46,309 nt of DNA, taken from IMG/VR virus record IMGVR_UViG_3300045988_136632, one strand, 5' to 3'. The DNA is from a virus. Within the stretch, counting starts at the first letter, position 1. Every line of letters begins with the position of its first letter. A program made the position numbers and the translations under genes. Positions 8,655-18,900 of this stretch are shown one piece after another. The notes under the pieces were generated by a model. The model was given only the letters and a program-made list of their open reading frames with translations, did no database searches and was not told where the DNA came from.

Positions 8655-9062
8655 CTATTCCTCCTTTTGATTACTTGTTGCTTTTTTTATAAATTCATTT
8701 GGCGGATCACGATCCAAACATTTCAGAGCATTATTGCATTTGAGAAATTCCAAAGCTTGATTATTAAGTTCCAATCGAGTGTTCTTATCCAAAAGTTCAC
8801 GGATACGTTTACGATCCTCTTCTTTTTCTTGGTAAAGTTGGTCTATTTTCTTATTGAGCACATCTTCAACCGCACGTTCCTCTTCATAACACCTTTTCCA
8901 TTCTGCTGCATACTGTGTAATATTATCGGCTTCCGCTTTTTTTGCAACAGCAGCTTCTTTCCGTTTCTTTGAATCATAAAACTGAAATGCTCCAATCAAT
9001 GGAATCAAGATAGTTGCCACGATTCCACCTACCATTGTTATAACTTGACTAAACTGATCCAT
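8655..9062 (-). CDS. N-terminal-TM coiled-coil lysis protein (holin or i-spanin-like)
   Basis: 135 aa with a single N-terminal TM (VITMVGGIVATILIPLIGAF) followed by a long charged coiled coil. It lies immediately upstream of the endolysin. Confidence 0.55.
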   Translation of the reverse strand: MDQFSQVITMVGGIVATILIPLIGAFQFYDSKKRKEAAVAKKAEADNITQYAAEWKRCYEEERAVEDVLNKKIDQLYQEKEEDRKRIRELLDKNTRLELNNQALEFLKCNNALKCLDRDPPNEFIKKATSNQKEE

Positions 9063-9206
9063 ATCTCTTATGTATCATACATTTTTTTTGTTTTTTCAAA
9101 AATTAATTACCATTACCATATTTACAAAAGACAGATAACGCATAATCTGTTTTTATTTATTTTTTAGCTGCCCTGCTTGTGAAAGTAGGGCAACTTTTTT
9201 ATTCAT

Positions 9207-9473
9207 CTAAGCATCGATAACCTCTTCCACCTCTGGAAATATATCTTCTTCCGGCAAGTCTGATTCCTCCGGTACCGCCATTTCCGGATGTAACACCCAT
9301 TCCTGAACTTCCAGAGAATTCTTTTCGATATAGTCATTCATTTCCGACTCGGTGTCGAATTCTGCATACTCTGAGGTAGCGGAAGGATATACCTTGCCGC
9401 TATTCTCTTTAATGATATTCTGTACTGTCCCGTCTTTATAGATGAGGACATAGGGTTTTGTTGATACTATCAT
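9207..9473 (-). CDS. small acidic protein
   Basis: 88 aa with an acidic C-terminus, 5 nt after the tail fibre stop. Confidence 0.55.
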   Translation of the reverse strand: MIVSTKPYVLIYKDGTVQNIIKENSGKVYPSATSEYAEFDTESEMNDYIEKNSLEVQEWVLHPEMAVPEESDLPEEDIFPEVEEVIDA

Positions 9474-9478
9474 AATTA

Positions 9479-12400
9479 TTATTTATTAGTTGTTACTGTA
9501 AATCCTTTCTGCTGTAATGACTCGATCGCCGATTGAGAAGCTTCCGTAGGTGCGGCACATGCACCAGTTAGATTTATCGTTCTCGTTCCCGTTCTCTCCC
9601 CCGCAATAGCCGCTAATTTTATAAGTATATTATCAACCGTTGCAGAGTCTATAGGGAATACTTCGGATGGTTGCAACTGGAAATAATATACTTGATCCGA
9701 CATAGGGAATTCCCCATTAAACGTAACGTTGAAATTTTTAGTTATACTAAAATGTACGATTCCCTTGTTAGGTATCTCACTAATATCCCCTGTTATCGGG
9801 TTAGCGGAATCTATGGATTGTAAATTAAACACGTTAGTGTTTGTAGGCAAATCAGACAACGAACCTTTTAAATTACAATTTCCAAAAAGCGTAATACTTT
9901 TTAATTCTCTCGGAAATTCTGAAATGTCCCCGTGTACGGTAGATAATCCAGATATTTGTAAGTTTTGTACGTTAGGTGGTAAATCTGCAATATTCCCAGA
10001 TATATTATAATTTGTACCGGAAAAAATTATAGAGACTAAGCCACGAGGAAGATCCGCCACGTCTCCCGTAAATATGTCCGTTAAACCATATAACATAATT
10101 TGTTCCAAACTAAGAGGTAAGTCAGACACATCTCCGGACATATCTATGGGGGAACCTGTATTAAGATACATATAGGTTAATTTACGAGGAAGATCGGAAA
10201 CATTACCGGTAATACTTATTCCAGCACTCGTAAGTCGTAAATACGTTAAAAGTCTCGGTAAGTCTTCGAGTTTACCAGATAATTTAGGATTTGAAAAGGT
10301 GCCACTATTGATAAGAATATATGTCATTTTTCTATTAAAATCTTTTATTTCACCGGTAACATTATTATCTGAAGCTAACGATATATGGGTTGCCCCTTCA
10401 CCGAAATCCCGTACATTACCTATTACATAACAATTATTATTTTGAGTATTATTTGTTATATTATATACTCCTTTAGCTTCAATTACTGCAAAGGGATCAA
10501 TACATTTAAAATACACACTATTTGATACTCCTTTCTTTATTTTCACAGAGGTTTCCGTCCCTATATTTGTACTTAAGGATACATACCCCCCAGTGATATT
10601 TATCTCGGAATCAATTAACGGGGATGTCATAACCATACTGATGAAGCCCTCATCTGAATTTTTCTTCAACTGAATCACCGTAGTAGGGATATTGTTATAA
10701 GCAATTTCCGCAAGGTCATCATTTGATGCCGGCATACCGTTTACAGAATACTCACTACATCTGAGAAAAACGTTTCCGGAAGTGATGTCGTACCATCCAA
10801 GCAACACTCCTTTCATTTGAAAGCCGTACTCCTCCCAAGAGAAGGAATCAGATTCGATATCATATACAAGGAATCTGTTAGATTGAAAACCAGAAGCGGA
10901 AATGTTTTTTAAGGACGTATCTTCATTACGAAAAACACTATTCCCCCAGCTTACTGAGTATCGACCATCTATTTTTAATGTTATGTTATTAAAAGAAGTT
11001 GATTCAAAATGAATAATCCCTTTTTCACGAGGAAACAACCATCCGTTCTGAGTTGCCAGCGCCCCTGCCTGATCGGCACCAAGAACCTTATTCTCATCAG
11101 TTGTTGTTAAGTCGTGAACAATGTCGGAGTTTGGGATATAGTCATCGGGAGATTGAGAGACACCATCTACCCTGTACCGGTTACACTTCAATATGGCTTC
11201 TTTCAAGAATCCGTTGACCCATCCTACAAGTATGCTATTAGACATTTGAGATGAGTATTTTACTAATTTATACTGTTTCTCACTTAAATCATAGACTAAA
11301 TACTTGAGCTTATCGTCTGTCATTGGATCAATAATCTCTTGTCCGGATTCGGTAGCCGAGTTTCCTATTCTTGTATTTCCGTATGACAACAACAGGTTTC
11401 GTGGCAAAGAGATGGTTACTGATGTATCTGTCTTACTGAAATTAACGGAGGCAAATACATTATCAGTATATACATGCATCATGGCATTCTGAGTCGAAAG
11501 TATCCTACCCATATTCGCGGATAAAGGTAGGTCTGTAGCAGTAGATGTTATCACATTGAGTATTTCGGATGCAGAAAGGTATTTGGTAGGATCCATTGGT
11601 TTACCGTTGATCGAATAATCACTACATCTTAATAATGCGGATTTTAACAGCACATTGATCCATCCTACTAATACTTTTTTAGTCATTTGATTTATAGAAG
11701 AAACGAGTTTTAACTTGTTGTCTTCTAAATCAAGTACTAAAAACCATTCTTCAAAATCATAAGGCATTGACAGGTCTCCCTGATTATGTACTACGTTCAA
11801 AGTATCAGAATACGAAATGGTAACCTGCGACGGAAAATTAATACTAACATTATCATCATAGAAATTAATATTAACCATACCGTGATGGCAAAACAGACAT
11901 CCATTCTGAGTATAAGCATTATCCATGTCTTTATCTAACTTAGATATATCGCTTTTTACCTTCGTCATATCCGCCTGTAGCTTATCAGATTCATCATTCA
12001 AATCGGAAATCTCTTTAGAATGCACAGTGGTATCTTGCACTAAGGAAATCAATTTACCCCATACGCTACCATCCTCTGATTCGGAAGTAGATTCAGAACC
12101 GATCTCTTTGATCAAAGCATCTACAGACTGCTTGGTAGCGTAATAATCAAATATAACATTACCATGACTATCAAATCTGGCATGAATATTATTTGCGTCA
12201 GAAGTATCTGTAAGTTCTGCGACCAAATCTTTTTTGAACCTTTCAAATGCTTCTTTAGTGACATAACTATCCGGATTTACAGGGTTTCCATCCGAATCGA
12301 CTCCCACTACATTCATCTTTACAGCCTGCCATCCAGAAGTTGTATTACCTAAAAAGGCAATACCTACACCGTCATGTACATAGTTTCCGAATCCGGTATA

Positions 12401-12613
12401 TGTACCCTTTTGAGTTGCCGCCCAAATAACGTTTTGATCCGGATTTCCCGGATTAGTATCCAGTTCTGCTACACCGGCAAAAGTCCTATCCTCACCAATC
12501 ACATTGACGATAGACAACAATGTATTTTGAAGGATCTGACCGGTTATCTCCTGATTACCGTTAGTCTTTATGACCTCAGTAATCGCATCTTTTAGTTTAA
12601 TGTAATCTGCCAT
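9479..12613 (-). CDS. tail fibre or receptor-binding protein with a triplicated module and a C-terminal LRR-like array
   Basis: 1044 aa. It has a coiled coil around aa 190-232 and three homologous modules of about 110-145 aa (aa ~234-630). About 8-9 repeats of ~23 aa of the type G-D-(V/I)-S-D-L-P-x-x-L span aa ~752-960. Confidence 0.75.
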   Translation of the reverse strand: MADYIKLKDAITEVIKTNGNQEITGQILQNTLLSIVNVIGEDRTFAGVAELDTNPGNPDQNVIWAATQKGTYTGFGNYVHDGVGIAFLGNTTSGWQAVKMNVVGVDSDGNPVNPDSYVTKEAFERFKKDLVAELTDTSDANNIHARFDSHGNVIFDYYATKQSVDALIKEIGSESTSESEDGSVWGKLISLVQDTTVHSKEISDLNDESDKLQADMTKVKSDISKLDKDMDNAYTQNGCLFCHHGMVNINFYDDNVSINFPSQVTISYSDTLNVVHNQGDLSMPYDFEEWFLVLDLEDNKLKLVSSINQMTKKVLVGWINVLLKSALLRCSDYSINGKPMDPTKYLSASEILNVITSTATDLPLSANMGRILSTQNAMMHVYTDNVFASVNFSKTDTSVTISLPRNLLLSYGNTRIGNSATESGQEIIDPMTDDKLKYLVYDLSEKQYKLVKYSSQMSNSILVGWVNGFLKEAILKCNRYRVDGVSQSPDDYIPNSDIVHDLTTTDENKVLGADQAGALATQNGWLFPREKGIIHFESTSFNNITLKIDGRYSVSWGNSVFRNEDTSLKNISASGFQSNRFLVYDIESDSFSWEEYGFQMKGVLLGWYDITSGNVFLRCSEYSVNGMPASNDDLAEIAYNNIPTTVIQLKKNSDEGFISMVMTSPLIDSEINITGGYVSLSTNIGTETSVKIKKGVSNSVYFKCIDPFAVIEAKGVYNITNNTQNNNCYVIGNVRDFGEGATHISLASDNNVTGEIKDFNRKMTYILINSGTFSNPKLSGKLEDLPRLLTYLRLTSAGISITGNVSDLPRKLTYMYLNTGSPIDMSGDVSDLPLSLEQIMLYGLTDIFTGDVADLPRGLVSIIFSGTNYNISGNIADLPPNVQNLQISGLSTVHGDISEFPRELKSITLFGNCNLKGSLSDLPTNTNVFNLQSIDSANPITGDISEIPNKGIVHFSITKNFNVTFNGEFPMSDQVYYFQLQPSEVFPIDSATVDNILIKLAAIAGERTGTRTINLTGACAAPTEASQSAIESLQQKGFTVTTNK

Positions 12614-12639
12614 TATTCTAAGATTTAATAGTTAATAAA

Positions 12640-13509
12640 TTAGTCGTTATTGAAATCGTTATTGAAATCGGAATTATAATCTCCCCTATTTTCGTATATC
12701 GTTCCCCGGCATATTTTCTTCACAACTGTATCAGTTTGGAATTCAACTTCTACGCTTGCAAGATTTCCTTGTGTTTGCCATGTCGGAGTTGCCAAGAATG
12801 TATCACAGTTATATACTCTACCGTATTTATCCGTTACAATGACATAATCAGATAATCGAATTAATCTCATCACGTCACATAAATACTCAGGTGCTAAAAA
12901 GGTACATCGATATGTCTTTTCAGAGATCTGCTTTTCCGGGAAGAAATACCCATCTAATGTTTCTCCATCCTCCTCAAACGGATATTCCGGTTTCCCAAGC
13001 TCGGTACATAAATAAAGTACATTCTTAAATGCCGGATTGTTATATACTATCTGGCCGGCATCAAATACAAGATTTTCGACATCGTACCATTGTATTTTCA
13101 AATACGCGGAAATATCCTGAACAACGGTAAACATTTCTGAATAGAAATACTGCTTACCGTCATACATGCGTGCATAATATATTCCGTCATACATTGTTAA
13201 AGACAATGGTAACCTACCCGGATATACTATTACATCATACCCCAAATCCTTAAAATGCACAATTTCCAATCCCGTCATAATCATGTCAGACGTTATATCC
13301 GCATATTTCACTCCATTCTTTGTGTATAGGAGCACTTCTTGAATCGGATTCTCACTATACTCTCTCATTAACTGAAAAGGCAACAGAAAGCTTGAAGGAG
13401 TAAACAAAGGGTATATATCCCCATATGAATAACTTTTCCGGTGATTCTGTTCGTTAATTGAAGTGTACCACGGAAGTACACTAAGATTGTTATTGTTATT
13501 CTGTATCAT
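12640..13509 (-). CDS. tail or baseplate-associated structural protein
   Basis: 289 aa, located between the distal tail protein and the fibre. It overlaps the upstream gene by 14 nt. Confidence 0.55.
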   Translation of the reverse strand: MIQNNNNNLSVLPWYTSINEQNHRKSYSYGDIYPLFTPSSFLLPFQLMREYSENPIQEVLLYTKNGVKYADITSDMIMTGLEIVHFKDLGYDVIVYPGRLPLSLTMYDGIYYARMYDGKQYFYSEMFTVVQDISAYLKIQWYDVENLVFDAGQIVYNNPAFKNVLYLCTELGKPEYPFEEDGETLDGYFFPEKQISEKTYRCTFLAPEYLCDVMRLIRLSDYVIVTDKYGRVYNCDTFLATPTWQTQGNLASVEVEFQTDTVVKKICRGTIYENRGDYNSDFNNDFNND

Positions 13510-15961
13510 AGCGTAAATCTATTGAATGCATTCTACTACTCAAATTCACTGAAATACTCTCTATCTTACCGTCCCCGATGGAGGTATGTATCAATTTCAA
13601 AGGGGATATTTCACGATCGTAAGGGAATTTTGCTTCGCTGCTCTTTAACCGGGAAATGTATTTCAATGTGATATCGGAATTATTGATATTCACTTTTTTA
13701 GATGGGAGGTTATAACCCCAATAAACAGGATGCAGAAAGAAATAGGACAGATACCCGTTCTGATTCTGATAAATATCACCGTCTACCGTTTGAGATAAAA
13801 CAGGGACACGCTCTCTGCCGGCCTGCGTAATCGTTTCCATCAATGCAAATCCGTCTTTGGAAAACTCATCAGAACGCAATATCATATAGTCGATATCAGT
13901 AGAGAAATTACTAACCGATATCTCCTCAATCTTGTCCTGCTTGACATAGTTGCTTCTCATGATGATCGGATAACCGGTAAACGGTTCTGTGACTTCATCC
14001 ATCCATGAAAATTGATAGCGTTCCGGCATATCCAACTTTTCGTATTTATACTCTTTACGACCAGTCTCCCATGATTTTCCATTGCTCGGACATATCCACT
14101 TTGTCAAATCCATAGCAATTCCCGGCTGGTTGGTGTATGAACGACCATTACGGAAGTACTGTATATGCTCAATCTTCAACTTGTTATCCTCAATATACCA
14201 ATAGCATTGATACACGTATTTCAGCATGTCTAATACACTTTTCAAAGTGATAGTAGCCTTTTGTGCAGGTTGGGTATAGTTACTTATCAAGATATTGGTT
14301 TTCGGAGTCATGTACACCTTTCGTTGACCTCCTCCGATAGGACGGTGTGATGCATAAAAGAATTGGCTGTATTCTGTTGTATTCCCAAAAGTAATACCCG
14401 GTGCAACCTTGTCAAGAAGCACGGATAAGACAGAATGCAAAGGCATGGCATGAGACATCGTGTATTCAAGTCTTGATTTTGGTTCTATTTCATCCTTTGA
14501 GAAGTCATGTATAAACCAATAAGAATAATCATCAGTCCACATATCACGATTAACAGGATATGCCTTGTAAGGTGAAATATCGGTAGGAGGATAATAGTAT
14601 TCACCTCTTCCATTCTGTCCCCATTCAGAAGGTTCCGTTTTTACAATAGCGGATGATTTAAATTCTTGAACAGCATACGGTATCACATAGGGATATGATC
14701 CCGGAGTTGATATCATATCATCCGATGGTTTATTATGCCATGTAACAGATACTTTATTTGTGGCCACAACATACCTCGTGTAAAATACTTTTTTATTTGT
14801 GTCCCCTGTGGCAATTTTTACAGACGTATTAGAAGTAGCAAAAAACTCAAGTGTTCCATTTCTTGATGGATCTATATACAAATCACCTCTTGTGTTACCT
14901 ATTCGCTCATTAGTTTTTCCATCGTACAGCGCAAAACTTCCAGAAATGCCAGTACCAGAAATAAGTACTTGGATAAATCCGGCATTATCCTTTAGCCTGT
15001 ATGTAGCAGTACGGTATTTATCCGGAGTTGCGGTTGGTGAAAAATCAGCGATATAATATCCTTTCATATAAGACGGAATACCATCTCCTTGCACGTTTAT
15101 TGCGATAATTGTTCCTGATTCACCAAAGAAATACTTCTCTTTGAGTTCGTTTGTATCTGTAACCACATCTGCATCCTGTTCCCAAAATACCCCAGAAAGA
15201 GCGCATGAGACCTTATCATCTCCTGCCGTATAGATTTGTAAGATTCCACGTCTATACAGGGATATCTTTTCAAGTTCTGGATTTAATCTTACCAAATCAT
15301 ACTCCCGTTCCCATCCGTCCAATAATTTCGTATAAGCGTCATTACTATCCGGTTTGACACGAACCGAAAGGTCAGCCACGTTAATGGTACAGTCAGTGCG
15401 TAAGAATTTGGTCTTAACATACAGATTGAAAGTACGTCCACCGTCTTGGCTCCAATAAACGTCTAAATAGTAAATCGTATCAAAGGGACGGTTAAGGATA
15501 AAATAATAATCCCGACACATGAATGTAATTTCACCATTCAAGCCTTCACGGAAAAACTCCTGCTCGGACTCTTTTGTATATGTCTTTGAAAGACTGTCTT
15601 TATAGATTGGCTTCGCTTTATGAAGCAAATCAATACTCACATCACCACTGTTCCAGTCATCTACCGTATAACAGAATACCATTGCTGACGCACCATTTGG
15701 TATAACCAGATCAAGATTACTTCCGGAATAGCCGGATATATATTTGTGATTTGAGTCGAAAAAGCAGACAGTAACCTCTTTCTCATTGAATGCAACTTTT
15801 GTGTATTCTGACACGGGAACAAGAGGACTTGTATTGTACTTTGCATCCCTAATAACAAAACCGGAGGTTGCGAATAACCTGTATCCGTATTGAGTCCCTT
15901 CCATTTCCGGATCAAAAACATCCCGATTGACCAAATAAAAAATGTATAATGGATTCATCAT
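13496..15961 (-). CDS. distal tail or tail-tip protein
   Basis: 821 aa, directly downstream of the tape measure with a 4-nt overlap. This is the canonical Dit/Tal position. Confidence 0.6.
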   Translation of the reverse strand: MMNPLYIFYLVNRDVFDPEMEGTQYGYRLFATSGFVIRDAKYNTSPLVPVSEYTKVAFNEKEVTVCFFDSNHKYISGYSGSNLDLVIPNGASAMVFCYTVDDWNSGDVSIDLLHKAKPIYKDSLSKTYTKESEQEFFREGLNGEITFMCRDYYFILNRPFDTIYYLDVYWSQDGGRTFNLYVKTKFLRTDCTINVADLSVRVKPDSNDAYTKLLDGWEREYDLVRLNPELEKISLYRRGILQIYTAGDDKVSCALSGVFWEQDADVVTDTNELKEKYFFGESGTIIAINVQGDGIPSYMKGYYIADFSPTATPDKYRTATYRLKDNAGFIQVLISGTGISGSFALYDGKTNERIGNTRGDLYIDPSRNGTLEFFATSNTSVKIATGDTNKKVFYTRYVVATNKVSVTWHNKPSDDMISTPGSYPYVIPYAVQEFKSSAIVKTEPSEWGQNGRGEYYYPPTDISPYKAYPVNRDMWTDDYSYWFIHDFSKDEIEPKSRLEYTMSHAMPLHSVLSVLLDKVAPGITFGNTTEYSQFFYASHRPIGGGQRKVYMTPKTNILISNYTQPAQKATITLKSVLDMLKYVYQCYWYIEDNKLKIEHIQYFRNGRSYTNQPGIAMDLTKWICPSNGKSWETGRKEYKYEKLDMPERYQFSWMDEVTEPFTGYPIIMRSNYVKQDKIEEISVSNFSTDIDYMILRSDEFSKDGFALMETITQAGRERVPVLSQTVDGDIYQNQNGYLSYFFLHPVYWGYNLPSKKVNINNSDITLKYISRLKSSEAKFPYDREISPLKLIHTSIGDGKIESISVNLSSRMHSIDLRYDTE

Positions 15962-18900
15962 GATTTAATTCTCCTTTTCAAATTCTTATAAGCAGTAATA
16001 GTATCACCATTCGCATCACGATATGTACGCTCTCTATTCTTTATCTCCCTTATATCGTTTCTTATATCATTCAAATCGGTATTTTTCTCTTTCAAGTTGA
16101 CAGAGATGTTATTTACACCGTCATATGCAGCTAAATACTTATCGGTAAATGTTCCGTTGTTCAAGGATTTTATAACATCAGGAATAACCTTACGAAACCT
16201 ACGCGAATTTCTCTTATTGATAACGGCAAAGAATTCACCACCTTCCGCACGTCTACGGGTACCATCCGGTTTTGTTCCAAGATCAACATCATTGCCCGAC
16301 TGATGAGAACCACCCTGTAACAATTCTACTGTACCATCACCATACTTTTCTTCACTGCCTTTTGTTAGTTGAGACGCTTTTATCTTTGCAGCAGCAAACG
16401 CACCCCACATGGTAGCGATCATGGCGATTGCAGCAGGAATCCCCCAAATACCAACACCGGAAAAGGACTTGAATATGCCAGCACTTGCAGTAACAAGATT
16501 GCTTGCCTGCTCTAAACTATTGATCGCTTCCTGTTGCTTCTGTGCTTTGGCTTGCTCTTTCAATGCTTTTTCTTGATTCTTCTTCGCTAAATCCAACTCT
16601 TTCTGAGCTTGCTCAACATTTGACGCATACCCATTTGCACGAGCTTCACGTTCCGCATCCAAAGCATTTTGAGCAGCTTCAACCTCACGGTCTGCCGCTT
16701 CGACTGCCCTTTCTGCCGCCTGAACCTTTGCATCTGCAATTGAATTTATAGCATCTATGGCATATTGTGCGGCTGTACTGATAGCCTGTTCTTGTTCTGA
16801 AGTTAAATTCAACCCGAAAAGCTCATAAATATTTGAAGGTTTAGAAGTTTTATCTATCTCATTGTCTATTTCCTTTATCTGATTTGCTATAATCTTACCT
16901 CTTTCTGTAAGGGTACCATCAGGTTTTGTCTCTAACGCTAATTCAGCCTTTAACCTTTTCTTTGTTTCTTCAAGAATTAATTTTGTTTTTTCCTTTTCAG
17001 ATATTTTTAATGCATTGATTTCAGACACAGCAAGCTCATTATTCAAAGCAATCTTATCCATACCGAAAGCCTTCAATTCTTTTACAATCTGAGCATCGTA
17101 TTTGGCATTTATATCTGCTTCGCTTTGTCTCATTTCTTTCGACAATAACCTATTTTGTGCCAACTCTATTTTACGTTGGTTCTGCAAAAGCTTAATACGT
17201 AGGTCAATTTCCTTTTCAGAACCTTCCTCTACAGCTTCCAATTCTAATTGTATCCGGTCAGATTCTTTTTGTAACATATCTGATGTTATCTGATCTTCCA
17301 ATTGATTAAGATCCTTTGTGTATTGGTCACGAAGATAACCTAAACGGGATTCCATTTCATTTTTTTGTATTTCAGTCAATGAATCCCTTTCAATATTCAA
17401 ACTGTTGGTAAGATCCTGTATCTGTCTTTCATAAGATACTCTCAACAGTTCTCTTTGCTTATCTGCACCCTCTTCCAACAATGCAATCTTGGCATCTTCG
17501 GTCAATCTAATAGTTGCCAGTTCTGATGCATTTTGTTGTTTGTCAATTTCCTTTAATTCGTTATCCAATTGCTTACGTAAAGATATTATCGAATCATTCA
17601 ATGATTTTCTTGCCTTTTCCGTAAGATTATTATCTGTCTCCAACTGATATTTTATATCTGCTATCGAACGGGCATTTGCCGCTTTTCGTTGTGATCTCTG
17701 TTGGTCAAAGCTGTTTTTAATAAGAGATATTCTAATATCTTCTGCTTTACGAAGAATATCGGTTTCTTGTTTTGCAATATTCTTATCTTCCTGCTTCCGT
17801 TGTTCATATTGGGCTTTAATCAGTGTATCCAATTCCATTCCTTTTGTTTCCAAATTGACACCAAGCTCAACATCATGTCCCAATTTATCAATTTGACCTT
17901 GTACATTTTCAATCGCTTTGTCAACTTTTACTTTTTCAATTTTTCCATCCAAATCAACATCAATATATGTTGTTTTAATATCATCCTTTTGTAAATTTTG
18001 TAAATTAATCAATAAGTCCCGAAATTGCTCTAATTTATACCGGTTCAATTCCAAATTCCTCAATTCATCCGAATAATAACCAACTGATTTATTGTGAGCT
18101 TTGGTACGTAGCAACAATATTTCATCCTCTATTTTACGTATCTCAATAAGACCTGCATTACGTGCTTTGGCAATACTTAATTCTTGTTCCAATCGAGTGA
18201 TACGTTCATAAATGGTACGATTCATTTCTTCACTCTCTTTTTCCAAATAATCTGAATATGCTTTTTGGTATTCATTGAGTCTTTTTTGTTTCTCCGCAGC
18301 ATCCTTTGTCCCCATAGAAAAAAGAGTTAACGCACCCACCACAGTTACTAACGCAGTGGCCAACAGAACATAAGGATTAGCATTTGCAATAAGATTAAAT
18401 GCCTTCTGAGCTACAGTTGCAGATATAGTAGCTTTGGTTCCCTGCATAGTTACAAGACGATCATATACTTTAGCCTTCGTTAAAGCCGTTTGTTGTAATC
18501 GGGATATTCCAAGCATTAATGCGGATTGCTTCTGAATTGAATTTTGAATAGCTTGAACACCTGTCGTTACCGCTATTGCAGCTTGCAACTTTTTTTGTGC
18601 CTTTTCTACATTTTCACTTTCAACACCGGCTAATTCCATTATACCAGTATAGGCAGAAAATCCACCAGATGCAGCACTGGCAGCACCTAACACAGCATCC
18701 AAGTTAGAAGTATCGGAAGCCATATTGTTTACCTCTGCCGTAGCATCTTTAAGAGCATCCCTTAAAATGGCTGTTTCTCTCGATAACCGTTGGTATTCTT
18801 CTGTATTTTGTTTACCCTCAAGACGTAATAATGCCAACTGCTTAGTTTGATTCTCAATTTGCGTTGTCAACTTTTGTGCATCAGCAGAATAATTTCCTAC

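Noticed and set aside
9169-9200. Hairpin TGCCCTGCTT-GTGA-AAGTAGGGCA followed by TTTTTT
   Set aside because: It looks like a terminator only on the + strand, while all neighbouring genes are on the - strand, where the hairpin is followed by an A-run. It therefore cannot be called the terminator of the 88-aa gene. It may block antisense transcription, but this is unsupported.
9479-12613. Diversity-generating retroelement targeting the tail fibre
   Set aside because: No reverse transcriptase ORF occurs anywhere in the genome, and no near-identical template/variable repeat pair was seen. The repeats are diverged protein modules.
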